Below are positions 25,920-46,093 of a stretch of DNA of 64,000 nucleotides, in pieces; the stretch's first letter is position 1; each line of letters begins with the position of its first letter. Location of the stretch: NCBI GenBank assembly GCA_965153455.1, contig OZ234493.1:34338213-34402212 (forward strand), read 5' to 3'. The notes under the pieces are model-generated. The model made no database searches. It saw only the letters and a list, made by a program, of their open reading frames with translations, and was not told the origin of the DNA. Source of the DNA: Sphagnum compactum (lineage: Eukaryota). The translations under genes and the position numbers were made by a program.

Positions 25920-27850
25920 AAGAGTTACCTTTGCTGCAATGGCTACAGGAAGAAGGCCTACAGTGTGGGGCATAACTGACTTAGGCCTTTGTAGCAATTC
26001 CGTATCCCAGTAATGGGTCTCTCCAAGCACTAACAAAGTGGCTGTATGTTGCTCACTGAGGCAACCATCATCATAAACTACCTCAAGCTCATGGTGTACA
26101 AGTGCCAGCTCCTGCTATTCCTCACACCAAAGCCCAATCAGGATGTCACCCTGGTGCTGGTGTGACTAAGAGCCTCTTCAATACACCATAGGTAACTCCT
26201 GCGCCCTTTGTGACAGCATAAACGTTGAATCCTTGTGGGAAAACCTAACAATAGAAAAAACTAAATGTAGCACTTTCACAAGGGGTTACAAAGTGAAGAC
26301 TAAGTCCTTTGTTATATTGCATTAGTTGAGAACTTGATATAGGTAGTAATAAAATACATGTTCATTTTGGAGCCCAAGTAGGCCTCTGTTCTATTTCATG
26401 ACAAAGAACATAGAATGAATTCTTTGCAAGCTTCTGGAACATTCTCTTCTGAATCAAGCCCAAGCCATCTGCACATAATATTGCAAAAAGCCCATCTGGT
26501 CTTTATGACTTTCGATCTTCACAATCTCTGGAAGTGACTAAGGGATGATGTGATGCAATGAGCTACAGTGTTTCGAGATTGGGGGCATGGGGAAGCTATA
26601 ACTAGACATAAGAAAGTGCTGATGGATTATGTACCTCAAAGAATGTTGGAAAAATGTCTTGAGTAATTTACCTGATGCAATTTGCACCTCTCATAGCAAC
26701 TGATGAGTTCTCAAGCAGTGGCAACTCAGACCAGCCAATGTCTTTGTAATTCAACATGTGGTAGAAACAGTGTTTGCTCTGGATGTGGTGGTGGATTTTT
26801 CCAGTGTGAGGGAATCTGAGAAAGGAGGTGCTCCAAAACAGCCCAATATGTGAAATTGGAAGCTGAATTTGTTGCCAAGAGGATTGTTTGCATGCAGCTG
26901 TAGGAGCAGAAAGGCCACCACAATGTGAAACAAATGATTGAACCGAACCGTCCCTTGCATGTGCCTCATCAATCATCTTCAATCACCATCATATGCTCTA
27001 TTGAATTCTTGAACCATAATTCTTAAGGTCTCTGTGGCACTTTGTTTGCAAGAAGAGTCTTCCTTCCATGGTCATAACATTGACCACAAGTCCAAACAGA
27101 TTGTTACGAATACCTCACCTGGAAATCAATTATAGGTAAATTCTGCATCAGCATGGCAACCAGTTTATCTGTTGGAGCAGCAGAGAGAAATGTTAGATCT
27201 GTTTTAAGCGGAAAAGAAGAAGAAGAGTATGTAAACCTATTCCAGGGTTTCGATCTGATTTCATAAAGCAGTGCTACATCTGCTTGTTTGGCCTTATGAT
27301 TCAACAATGCCACCCATCTCCAAGCTCACATAACTTGCAGTCACCAAATGCTTCTTTAACTGATTCCAAGCAACAAAACAAACAGGTCAGCAAACATTGA
27401 AACTCTTGAAATCACTCGATCCGTAAATGCATGCATTCAATCTGATTGGAATTCAGTCAATAAAAATCTGTAACCCAAAACTAGCATTTGTGAATTGATC
27501 CTGGAAACTACAATCCCTTCGGTTCTGGTCATGATGGGCTTAGGGTTTAGGGTTTATGAGAGAGAGGGTGACCTCGATCCAGATGTTGGCAACTGGGATG
27601 TGGCAGTTTGCTTATCACCGCATTTGCCTGAGTTTGTATACACAGGGAACCATAGAACTCCATCAAATTCATGAAGAACAAATCTGTCTAGACCTAAGGA
27701 TTGCTTTGACCTTCTGCTGTAGACAGAACTACAATTGTGGGTTTTCCTTTGGTTCTCTCCTCCTCCTCCTCCTGCTGCTGCTGCTATCACTGCCAGCTTC
27801 TTGACTAGCTATTCCATTTAGTGCTGCCTCACTAGATCTGTTTTTACCTC
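25920..27850 (-). pseudogene. Unprocessed pseudogene of the saccharopine dehydrogenase (SDH) part of LKR/SDH
   Basis: Exon relics read ANAVIS-NCHIPVANIWIE, KKHLVTASYV...MALLNHKAKQADVALLYEI, MKMIDEAHARDGSVQSFVSHCGGL...ANNPLGNKFS, WLGLDSEENVPEACK and ELALVHHELEVVYDDG...HTATLL. Frameshifts, deletions and stops are present, and introns are retained. Confidence 0.85.
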
Positions 27851-28536
27851 TAGACAACATCCAAAAGAGAAGTCACACAGGTGGGCTCACGAGCTTTTCC
27901 CTGGTTTGTAGATGGCAACAGTTTCTCTACGTTTTGCATGGGACACTAAAACTCCTGATCAACACACAATTCACAAAACACCCATGTTTGGGAAAAAAAT
28001 AAAAATAAATCACGAACCCAGAGTCTAAGATTATTATACTCGGTGTACCACTATGGCGAATTGGGTGGGGGCATTCTTCTCTCTAGTGTTCATTATCTTT
28101 GCTGAAGTTTGTGTCTGGTTTGTTTGTTCGTGCCATGGTTTTCTTCGCATCTCTGCAATGTACCTATGGTTGCACTAGGACTCCTGAGAAAAAGCTTTCC
28201 CTATTTAGAAAGAATGTCTAGTAGTGACACAATGGCAGCTGGGCATGCAGTGTGCATGGCAATGGTGGAGGATGTCCTCCAATTGGCAGAAAATTGAACA
28301 AAGTCTAGAGATCTGTTTTCTCTTGGAGGAGAAGACGAAAACTTTGTATGTAACTTGGTGCACGATCCGCTTCGTGTTGTGTCTGTGAAGCTTGCGCTTT
28401 TGATTGTTGTGCGATCGATCTCGCGTTGTGCGATCTGAGCTACACGAGCTTACTTATAGAATCCGACGTACTAATTCTGTAAGGAGACGTCGGACTCCCC
28501 ATTCGTTGTGGGACTCGCATTACCTTGTTACTTGCA

Positions 28537-34699
<6,163 letters not shown>

Positions 34700-35832
34700 A
34701 TCCCTTGTTAGATCTGGGATCTGTAGTAATTGCAGATGGCTTCACCAGTTTGTAACAGAGGAATCACCTGTTACATCCCTATTGCATTTGAGATCATCTC
34801 TTGTCAACAGGAGGAATATTAGTCTTCTTGAGCTTCTCAACTTGAAACATGGCTGAACAGTTTTGGATACCAGTTGAGTTCCAATGGTGTCGCTCTTTTT
34901 AAGACTAACTATCATAAGATCAGATGTGGTTCTTTTTCTCACTGCCAACTTGCAGCAGATAGATATATACCAACATGAAACAGAGATAATTATCAGCAGT
35001 TGACAGAGCTCAGAAACCATCTTGTTGCCCAACTACAGATTTCACCAGACCGGCATCATGACTGGAAACTGGCATCATTGACAGCAGTTGTGTAAATAAA
35101 ACTGACTCATGTAAAGCAGAATTTAAAACTGTCAAAAGTTTTGTAAGCAGAGTACATCTAGGTTCAATGCTTAGTATGTGGGATGGGTGTCCTCTCTCTC
35201 TCTCTCTCTGGCTTTGCTGAAATTCCTTGTAACCCTGAGAAATAGAAATGAAATGGGCAAAGTACATTTGAGGAAAGAAGATTGATGGAAATGTTTGTGG
35301 CTGGTACCGTTGAGATTCCTCCACACTTGAGGTCGTAGAACTCAAACCTGTTATGTACAACTGTGTGCCAACTAGCAATGGATATTGTGGTGATCTCAAC
35401 CTCTCAGGCAAATCCATAGTTATCTGAAGAATATCAGGTGTATGGAAGAGGGGAGGGGAAGCCACACAGTAGAAGAACAAGCCCAGTCTGGGACCAGCAA
35501 GTCTTTAAAAGAAAGGGATGAAAAAGCAAGGTTCTTCAATAACTTACTTTGGTTTCACTCACTGAAGTGTTAAAGAACAGTCAAAAGAAAACCAAGTCCT
35601 ACTATTTACAAGAGTGGAGCACCTCATATTACACAATGGTCAAACAGCAATGAACAGGTACCAGACACCAGGTGGTTATTCTTGTTTCTGAGTTAAAAGC
35701 ATCTGGCATATCCTCCACAACCAAGAAAGGGAGTGCAGATTACTGAACACAAAATACACAGCAAAGCAGTGCAGATGTCGCAGTTATCTCCCCTCAGCTT
35801 CTCTCCAGAGTCTGTTGTTAAAATGCATCTTC

Positions 35833-38800
35833 TCACTTACAAGCTGTTAACAACGAATTGACCACATGGATTACAAGCCTCAGATTGGCTTGGTCTCCTG
35901 GAACAGTCATGTGGATCATTTGATGATGCAAATTTTGGTACAACTGTTCCAAGAAAGGTCGCATGTGTGGGGCTAAGACTGGATCATTAGGATTAAGAGC
36001 CAATGCTGCCTCACGAATCCATGATAGCTTCCGACCTGTGTCATTGCTCAAATCACAGCCCAGCTGTTGGACAAGTGACAAGACAACTCCTTGGCTTAAC
36101 GGCAGAGGTATTGTTGAAAAGAGTGCTGCCTCATCCAGCTGCACAGAAAAATCACCAAGAGATGTAACACAACCCAACCAGCTGACACACTCTCCTTGCA
36201 TAGAATGACTCAAATGCTATCAGGTTGTCAAGTGATAATAGATAGGAGAAAGTTGCAAGCCCAGTAACATACCTGCATACACAACCAGGACACAATTGCC
36301 ACATCACTGAGAGACAGCGCCTTGTTGAAAGCCTCTTCCAGTTTGCCCTCACTGACAAGCCTTGTTAGCTCAATTGTTGGGTCGAGAGATTCCTCCAGGT
36401 GTTGCAGAGAGAGCACCTTCATACACCACATCCCAATCAATACATTGACCAATCTACCATAAATAAGTTCATTTTGTTCAAATGCAGCTAAGTCCAGACA
36501 CTCAACAATTCCCACCGAATTTGATTTTCCCCATCACATAGAATTTAAACCAAAGAATCGTGTCTGAAATGGATTTGTACTTTTTCAAACCCAAACAGAA
36601 TGAATGAAATACTATGTGATGAGGCTAGTAGCTAGTCACCAATACAGACCCACCCAACATCAAGGATAGAGATGTTAACCTTGTCTGGGAGGTTCATTTG
36701 CTTGGCTATGAGTGAGCTGTGTACTGCACTTGCACTGGCATTCTCTGCAAGAACTACTAGATTCCTTTGGCCCTCAGCCAATTCACCTTTCAATGAATTT
36801 GCAAGTGATGTCGCTGAGGCCACTGTCTCCTGCAGAATAACAAATTCCTAACACACTGAGGACTAGTCATCATTGTCAAGACACTTCCACTTCAGTTAAG
36901 GTTGTACAGTTACAAGACATAGTTACCCTAATCACTTTCTAGAAGAACAATGACACCATGTCAGCAAACAAGCATGAACTGAGTATGTCTGCTCTAATAT
37001 GGATATTGGATTCACAATCAAAGGTGAACATTCTCTAACAGCCATTGATATGGATATGCAGATCTTCCCCACACATTTCTCACAACTCTAGGTAGTCACA
37101 CTAAAGACAGTATGTTAAGCGTAACCTTCATATGAGTTTGATTGACAGGCAGCTTAGTGATATATGTTTGAAACCGTGAGGAGAAGCAGACAACTTTTTG
37201 ATTTGAGCAGAACCAACCTGCAGGGTGGATGCAAGAGCTGAGTGTGAAGAGGCGAGTTCTTGCTGGGCACGGGAGGTGTACTCAGCCATGCCATGCTGGA
37301 AAGAAGATTCAACTTGCTCAAACATGGACCGGCATGAGCGTTCAAATGATGGGATAACTGTGCTCTCAAAGCATGTCCGCAATGCCTCCTGAACCATAAC
37401 CATATCACCATAAGCTATCATGAGCATGATACATTATCTACCATTCATCCCAGATATTGATCTGTGATCATCATAACAAAGGTGTGTTCTAACCTGAAGT
37501 GCCTGCCGGCCAATAGTTTGAAACTGTGTCTGTAGCTGTCTGGTTACTGTCCCCTCCAATTTTGCTCCCACTGATTTTTCCAACTGTGGAAGCATCCTCT
37601 CTGTGACACCCTTCTGTGCAGACAGCTCCCATCACCCACCCTTATCTTGCATTAGTCCGGAATGTGAAACCCTGTATTTGATATCTTGCTGCCTCACAAT
37701 TAAGCATGCTCACTTGTGACCCATGAGGGACTCTACTCATAAGAATTCTGTTGGAGAAGTCTTGTATCATGGCCCAATACCAGTTTGAAACAAGAGAGGA
37801 AAGCATGATGCAAGAAGGTATATTTGTCAGTAAGCAAGTACATAGATGTCCTTGCCATATATCACAAGCCAAAGAGATGCCAAAGACAACAAGTGAAGAC
37901 AGAAAATTTACCTGGAAAGATTCAGAGACAGTTGTGGCAACTACATTTTGAAGGGGAGGCAGGACTGCCTGAGCAACAACTGGACCAATGGCTGCAAACT
38001 CCTTCTTGAACACACGCTCTATAGCAACCGGCATATCCTTGCTAACAAAGTTGGTGAGGAGGGTAGTGACCTGTTGAACCCTTTCACGCTCCAGCTTCTC
38101 CCTCTTTGCATTCTCCTCTGCTAATCGTGCCCACATAGCATCCACGTGGGCCTTGAGGACCTTCTCCATCCGCTGCCCAAGGGCACCTGAGATGATGCAA
38201 CAGAAACACACTGGCTCTTCTGACTCAACTGATTCCCCTTGACACTCAATGAGAAGTTCATGAGGAATGCAAAGAGAGGACTAGCAGCTGTGGTTGGTTA
38301 GCTTATAAGGATGATACAATCTAGCATCTGGCTCACTATCTGGTATGATGCACTTATCATGGTCAAGTTGAAGATGAAATGCCCAAATGGTGTGGCAGGG
38401 TGGTGTACAAGTACCACACATTCCAAAACCACCAAGTATACAGCTTTCAAGAGGGCAGACCCAGACCAGTTCAGGAACAGTCTTGGGTTGAATAGTCAAA
38501 ACACAGAAATGCAGGCTGCAAATATATCTACACTTTGACAGATTTACAGTGTTAAAAAACTGCCATTAGGCATACCTTCCATGCGTTTTCCCTCCTTGGC
38601 AACTGGTACTGCCACCATAACAGTCATTTGCTTCTGTAACTCTTTCTGCATAGAAACCAACTGAAAAGCCCAAACCCAACCAGTGGAGAAATAGCACCAG
38701 TCAATCATCTCAGTGCATCTCCATATGACAGCCATCACTGCACTTCAGCACACGTGGTGGAATTTGGCTGCCCGACTCTCGTGAGAAGAAGAGTCAAACA

Positions 38801-41800
38801 CCAAGAGTGATACTTGAAATTTACCAATAACAGGTTACATAACATACCTGACTTCATGAGATGCAGATCCAACACAGGGCACTTTTGGAAAAAACAAGTC
38901 TGCAGAAATCTAGGCAACAAGTACCTGGCCTGCTTATGTCAACCCAAAAAGAAACAATTTCAGCCGGTTCCAGCAAGAAGAGAAGAAAATAAGATCTTTG
39001 TACCTGGTTCAGCGCATCCTGCATTGTGGCAACCTGGGCAGCCAGCCCAGGGTCCAAGTGCGATGAGTTCACATTGTAGGAAGATTCCCCCTCTGGCATT
39101 GCTCCAGGAGTCATCAGATCTGGTATCTGGGGAGATGATGATCGCACTGCTGCAGGCTCAACCCCACCATCATATGTCTTGTTCTTGTTCTTCCTCCCCT
39201 TTGCAATTGCAGATATCTGAGAAGGCAGAGGAACAGAACCAGCTTCTCTGAAGGCCATGTCTCTCAACTGCTCATGTGCTCCATCTACAGTTACACGTGT
39301 AGGACGCTCCCTGTCCTCCAAAATGTCTCCCTCTTCAACCTGTACACTCTCTTCTTTTGAGTACATGTCAAGCAAGCTGGGCTTTCCTGGGCTTTCCTGG
39401 GCTTTCTCATTATACTCAGTACTTCCACCAGCATGGAAGACTTCATGGGATTCTGACAGCAAGGAATCATTCCCTCTGACATCAAGGCCCTCTGACTCCA
39501 CCACCTCTTTTTCCATGGCAGTTGGTGCATCAGTGGTGTCCAAATCCTCTACAGCAAAACGTGGTTGTGCATCCTCTGGATTTCTATCCATTACAATAGG
39601 CTCCTGTGGAACACCTGAGGTTTGGACACCATGTGTGTCAAATGACTTGGAACTAGTTGCAAGATTCATAAGCTCAAAAGGGGTAATCAAGTGAAGAGGA
39701 TGAGCACCAGACATTGCATTGCTGGAACCTGAGAACCCATCTCTTTCTTCTCTACTTGAAGCATCATCTCTTAAAGAATTGCTGCTAGAGGCAGAGTGAG
39801 CTCTCTCCAAGGTCGCCTCAGTAGTAGGTGTCAGCAGTGAACTAGGTTCTGGCCGGTTATCCAAAGGCTTCTCAAGCTTCTCATCTGCTTGAGTCAAAGA
39901 AGCTTTGATTACAGGCACATACTGCAAATCTGGTTTTGTTGGACTCTTAGAACGTGAACGTCTCTTGGACGGTTGTGGTGGCTTCGCAACACTACTAGCT
40001 GGTGCAACCTCTGGGTGACTCACTGGCGTGGTAGCCACCTGAGAAACAGACTCTCTGCTGGGTTGATTTGTTGGTGTTGGTTCAGATGTGGACCTCCCAA
40101 AATTATCAAGGATTTCCTTTACAGGGGCAACTGTAGCAGGCCCAGCTATGTCCAACAATCTGGTCCTCTCTGTCACTGTATGCAAGTCCTCACGGTGGCC
40201 AACCTCTACTGGGCTCCCAAATGCTGATGAAGCAGTCATACTGCGTGGTGGAACACTCACACTTGGAGCAGGTACTATTACAGTTGGTGTTGTACTCCCT
40301 AACTCCAGGAAATCTGCTGCCCCCTTGTCACCAGTTGAATTTCTAGCAGCATCATATGTCTGTGGCAACACTGGGTCTTTGTCCAGCATTGACATAGGTT
40401 CTGAGTTGTATTCTTCATCGGGAGGAGGCAAGCACTGTGACACATCTAGGATGTACTGTTGTATGGCTTGTGTTTGCACACAGTACACTTGGACAGTGCC
40501 CTCTGTCTCCTCTGTGACTGTGAAGCTAAGAATAGGTATTTTCACTGAAAACTCTGCCAAATAGTTCATTCTGGCAGGAACTGAGCCAACCCCAAACTCA
40601 ACATGCACTGCATAGATAGCGTTCTTCTTTGCATTTGCCAACAAGATGAGGCTGGCCCAAGGTGCCACAACCAGTTGGTTGAAAAAAGCATTCTCAAGTT
40701 TGCCTACAGCAGTTGAGCTCTGGAATTCCAGGGTCTGAATGCAATTCCACATCCCTGTATTGGGTTTTGATGGTGATTCTTCTGGGCTACCAGTTGATGC
40801 CCATAGTTTTAGCTCCCGATTGAGGGGACCCTGCCCAATTATGCAATAAAGAGTTCAGATATGTACACAAAAAATGAGGAAAATTCACAAAAAAACATAT
40901 TTATGAGATTGCAGAAAACACAAAAACATACTATAAGATTGTAGAAGAAAATCCACTAAAACATGATGTAGGTAACCATAATCCCATCCAAGCAAAACAT
41001 CACAATCTCCTTCCATATGGCACTTGCTTCTCTGCCAGCCTTTGATCAATTTCTATCCAGCTTCTGTTATGATCCACATGCAGAGTTAAGGACCGATGCA
41101 ACATAGAAGATGTACCGCAGTAAGGATGACATGATGGTCAGGGCGACGTGGTGCTGACAAAAAGGCCACAGCACTCACGGCCTCCCCTCCATGTGGGACA
41201 ATGTCTGACAAGAGGCTTCTTGTCTTGTCACCCCAGATCCTCATCTGGTCAAACAATCAGCCACAAAGGGCAAATGAGAACAACATTTCAGATCATGCCC
41301 TAGATGCTAATAATTACCTGACCGTGACAAGGAAAGATGGTGGAATCCTCTATGCACCCAATCCAGCCTGTGATTCTACCTCATGAAGGATAAGCAAGTC
41401 ACAAAAAACAAGTCAATGAGCAGCTAAGAAAAGGGAAAGAGCATAACTCACAGTGCCATCCTGAGAGGCTGATGCCACACAAGAGGAACCAAAAGAAGGA
41501 ACCGCAAGGTCACTGACATCTTCTTCATGAGTCCCCACCACATGGACACCTTCTAATGGACTCTCCACCTGACAAACTATTGGCTGCTCTGCACTGAATC
41601 CCCCTGGAGGGGCTTTCTGCTGTACCTTGCCTATATCAATTGTCAACACAAACTTGCCAATGGCCACCACCAAGACATCCTGCATACATAGCATAAGGCT
41701 GTGTATTCAATTCCACGTCTTCATTCTCCACATAACTTGATAGAAACCTGCTTCACTTATCAAGAATAGCCTATCAACCCACATTCTCTGAACAATTCTC

Positions 41801-43827
41801 TTATGATTGTCACCCACTGTCCATTAACAAGACCGGAAAGAAGCCTTCCATACCATCCATTAAATGACGAGGAGGGCTAACTCCACCCTCTTGTTACAGA
41901 CATATATGAATTACCAGCATACTAGTCACAATGACGACCAACTGGTCAATATACTGGACTCCAAGGAGGTAAACAAAATACCCACCTGAATCTGTGAATG
42001 CCAGCAAACACGGGGATGAGACACCTCCCAATCACCAGTCACTTGTATAGCCAGAAAAGTCTGGTCTGAAATCATTGGTTTCCCATCCTCTGACTGACCC
42101 TCCACTATCTTCCGAACCAAAACACGACCATCTGCACTGGCACTGGTTTATACAGGAGACAATGTAAATCCCTCCACCTTGCAAAAAATCCTTAAACTGG
42201 AGAGAAAACTAAGAAATGATGCAACTGTGTTCTGAATGAGCATGCCTGGTTATGTTCTCATGTAGGGCTGCCTCCAGACATAGGTACCATTTGCAACTAA
42301 AGTCAAGGAGACAAATTGGTTGTGTATTCTTCCCCCAAGCACTCAGATGTGCCTAAGTTCCCACACATCAGATGACCAGTTTACCCAGTGACCAACATAT
42401 CCAGGTTGGCTATCATTGGTGGCATCTTGAATGGATCTAGTTGTGATTTAAGCCTGAGGATGGAGTATTGCAGTATGTCCACAGGTTGAAGCCAATAGGT
42501 AGTTCAAGATTAAATCAGAGGACAGAGTACAGGCATGCCAAGAATCTCTTTGGAAAGTTTCGCTCATTCTGGAACTGTGGAAGATTGCTGCCAAGCCAGA
42601 ACTAATCCAATAGAATGAATTAAGGAATAGTAAATTTTGAAGAGGTTGAGTGATGTGAAGAAAGGTTACCTTGCAAGCAGATGCACATCCTCCCCCAAGA
42701 AACACATATCTGTCACCCTCTGTCACCAAAAGAAAAAACATCAACTCAACATGGCAACCTCCACACACAGAAGACTGAAGCTTCTACATGGTCAATTTAG
42801 GCCTCACCTCTAAAGACTAAACCTGGAAAGTTAACAACAGCTCAAATCATGATCCATGGGTGACAGGCACACAGGATGAGGCTGGTCACTCCTATACCTG
42901 GGTGTGACCACGAAGCAGGGCTCGCAAAGCAGTGTTGACATTGAGAATTCTGATATTGCCTCCTCGCAACCCATAGCATATGTACCTCCTGTTTACTGCT
43001 ATCTGCCTTCCCATTAGTAGAACTGGATCGGATGTGTAAACAGTGATGGGGCTAACTTCAAGTTGTGGTTGGGCTTCCCCACTCCTCCGCACATCCACAT
43101 CATATACAACATGTTCTCCTCTCAGAAACCGGCCTTTTGGCAGCTTGCTACTGGAAAATCTGGAAGATGGAGAGGAGAGCACCAAATTTACAGGTGGGGC
43201 AGTTGGCATTGCTGGGGCTATAGCGGGGGGGGGCAAAGAAACCTCTGATACACTTCCATGTGAAGAGCGAGGATGCTCCATGGAACTTTGAGGTGGTCCC
43301 TCACTGTAGAGAGGGGTTTCATCCTCTTTGCTTGGAACATCACCTTCAGAATGGGTGGTCAATAGAGCCATAAGGCGGGCACCATCCAGCGGCAGTGCAG
43401 AAGCTGGATTTGGGCTGCCACTGCCATGCAGAATTGGAGACCGTGGGAGTGACGAGAGAGGAGCATTGGGCTGTGAATGATGTGAAACAGGGGCAGGTTG
43501 TGCAAACTGCTGTGGTTGTTGCTGCTGCTGACTGAAATTACTCAAGGCATATGGCGCCTGTGGCCTGGGTCCATGCTCCTGTGGATATGGCATATAAGAG
43601 TGATACACAGGGGATGGCCCCTGCTGTTGTGGTCCAGCTCCATACTGGTAAGACTGTACAGGCATGCTTGGGAATGAGTTTGCATTGGAGGGAAAGTTAC
43701 TTGCAGCAGGATACTGACCAGGGGGATAAGCATGATATGAAGGATATTGTGGTGGGTAACTCCCTGGAGGAGCCCCATTGAACAAGTTGTGAATATCAGA
43801 ATTGCCTGAAGACCCCGTTCCAGCCAT
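35833..43827 (-). CDS. VCS: Enhancer of mRNA-decapping protein 4 / VARICOSE
   Basis: 13 coding exons: 43827-42898, 42719-42670, 42142-41986, 41679-41452, 41244-41116, 40830-39004, 38660-38576, 38186-37912, 37613-37494, 37388-37218, 36829-36680, 36416-36273 and 36138-35833. Pro-rich N-terminus, WD40 region ([20 protein letters not shown]...ICYGL, RGHTQ-RVTDM), Ser-rich linker, and C-terminal [17 protein letters not shown]...[11 protein letters not shown]. Confidence 0.95.
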
Positions 43828-45268
43828 TGTGTTCAGTTCCACTAAGAGACAAACAAACCTGCAGCACACACGTGAATTTAGCTACTGCAGCCATACTTCA
43901 AACCCACAGATCCCGACTCCACAACTAATATCTACAGCTACCTTCCAACAACACCATCGAATGAGCACAAAGAAATCATGGCAATGCATGAACCTGAAAA
44001 AATCATACCAGCTACTCATCATAAGCCTAATTGAACACAGAGGTAAATAGAAAGTAGGGAAGCAGTAATCAATCAAAGAGCCCTTGACCCTCCAGCCAGA
44101 TAGAGAAGCTAAAACACTCCAACCCCAGGAAACAAGACAAAGAGAAAAAGAAAGAACAAAGAACAAAAAAGGATGCTGCCCAACAACAATAACAAAATGT
44201 CAACAGATGAGAGTGCCAAGTATAATTCCATACTCTGATGGAACGCAAAGCAATTACACAAATATTCACCTCCCACCCCCACGAGGATTCAGAACCCTCC
44301 CTAAATTACCACTAAATCTGATGACAAGTGCATTCAGCCTTCCAAATTTCCCAAACCCCATCTCGAAACAGGTCAGGTCACTATTACTAACACCATCAAG
44401 CATGCACCTGACAGACAGCTATCAAACACAAAACCCTCATCCGTCTATACCGACTCATGAAGAAGAACCCTGAAACAACATAATATAACATAACATACCA
44501 GCAACAAGGAAAGAAAACAACTCGTTGCTGTCAGACGCACTGATGCTGTTGAGACTGCGACTGCTCCTGTTGCTTGCGTCCACTCTGTCTATCTCTCTCT
44601 CTGTCTCTCTCTCTCTCTCTGTGTCTTCAGGTAGCTACTACTTTCAATGCAAAAACACTGCTCAGAAATCAAGTAAAACCCAAAACAACAAGCAGAAAAT
44701 CAAGGCGCAACAACAAACGCTGCGTCCCCTTCGCTCACTACGGAAAACAGATCGGAAAGTGTCATTGCGCACCAACGAGCGAACGAAGACGAAGACGAAC
44801 TTCGGAGCAGGTGCTTGTCAGATTTAGGGTTTTCCTAATTCCACAGGTTAAAGATTTTAGAGGCTATTTCTTAATACTAAAATCAACTTTAGGCGAATTT
44901 GACATTAACATTTAGCCAAGTTTTTATTAGATCCTTTCATTTTTATCCTCGTCGTTTTTTCCTTTTTGACACATTTCTCACAAATGCCAAAAAATTAAAA
45001 AATATTTCTGTCTCATATTTCCTGTTTTTGCGAAAATTTTTGCCAAATAATTGAAGAAAACATTTTTTTTGAATTTTTTTTCATCACATTTCAAGTCAAA
45101 TTTTAGTTTGTTGGCATTTTATAAACCAAAATCTTCACTACCATTTGGATAAATTCTAGGAACATGTTTCCATTTATGTAAAGAAATTTGTGGTTTTTTT
45201 TTTTTTTCCCCCTAGTATACCTAGAAATTGTCTTACCTGGTGTCAAAAGCTAACAAGCTTTACAAAAA

Positions 45269-45372
45269 CATAATTCCTATGGGTTTATAGGCCTTGCATA
45301 CTACCCATAATTCCTATGGGTTTATAGGCCTTGCATACTACCCATAATTCCTATGGGTTTATTGGCCTTGCA
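45269..45372. repeat. 37-bp minisatellite, ~2.8 near-identical copies
   Basis: CATAATTCCTATGGGTTTATAGGCCTTGCATACTACC starts at 45269, 45306 and 45343. Confidence 0.95.
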
Positions 45373-45858
45373 AGGATATTGTGTTTAGATTCATTATAGA
45401 GTTATAGTAGCTTAATGGATTTTGGTCACTACTTAATAAATAATAGGTCTATTTTTAGCGGAGGATTTTTTGAAAGACAATATTTTGGCTTGTGTTGAAA
45501 CTTGAGATTAGTTATAGAGTTATAATAATATCTTGAAGGATTTTGGTCTCTTTTAGAGGATTTTTTGTAGATTATATTTTTGCATGGTGAAATATTTGAG
45601 CTTTCCATAATTTTCATAACTTGTTATGTTTTCATAAAGCCTGTTCATTTATTTTTCCCATAGTACTACTACCGACTGGGTATCAAGGGAATTTTTTTTG
45701 TAAATTTTATTGAAGGCACATACATGATTTTTACACCGTGGAAGGATACTGTTATGGTCCATTTTTTTTCTAAACCTTACACCCTCAGCAATGGGCATTA
45801 CCGAAGGTTTGGAGTATTGTCCTTGATTAGGTTATTTAAAGTTTTTATATTAAAATAA

Positions 45859-46093
45859 GGAAAATTTTTAATTCACACCTTTTTTGGTAAAATTCACACC
45901 CTTTGCGTGTCCGATTTTATGCAGATTAAACTTTAAGAGTATGTTCCTTTATCAGTTCAATTAGTTCTGTGGGCAAGTTCTCGAGTTGTGCCCTGATTGA
46001 CCACAGACACATTCAAATTTAATCTGCATATAATCGGAAGCGCGAAGAAAGGGTGTGAATTTAACCAAAAAAGGTGTGAATTTAAAATTTTCC
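45859..46093. mobile_element. 235-bp foldback MITE, probably Mutator-like
   Basis: ~75-bp TIRs (GGAAAATTTTTAATTCACACCTTTTTTGGT... / ...ACCAAAAAAGGTGTGAATTTAAAATTTTCC) with an 8-bp direct repeat TAAAATAA on both flanks. Confidence 0.88.

Noticed and set aside
39257..43781. Plus-strand ORFs of 60-158 aa overlapping VCS, and similar antisense ORFs over the transporter and Copia
   Set aside because: These are antisense shadows of real coding exons with no independent motifs.
45269..45372. 37-bp repeats of CRISPR-like length
   Set aside because: The copies are head-to-tail with no spacers, there are no cas genes, and the context is eukaryotic. It is an ordinary minisatellite.
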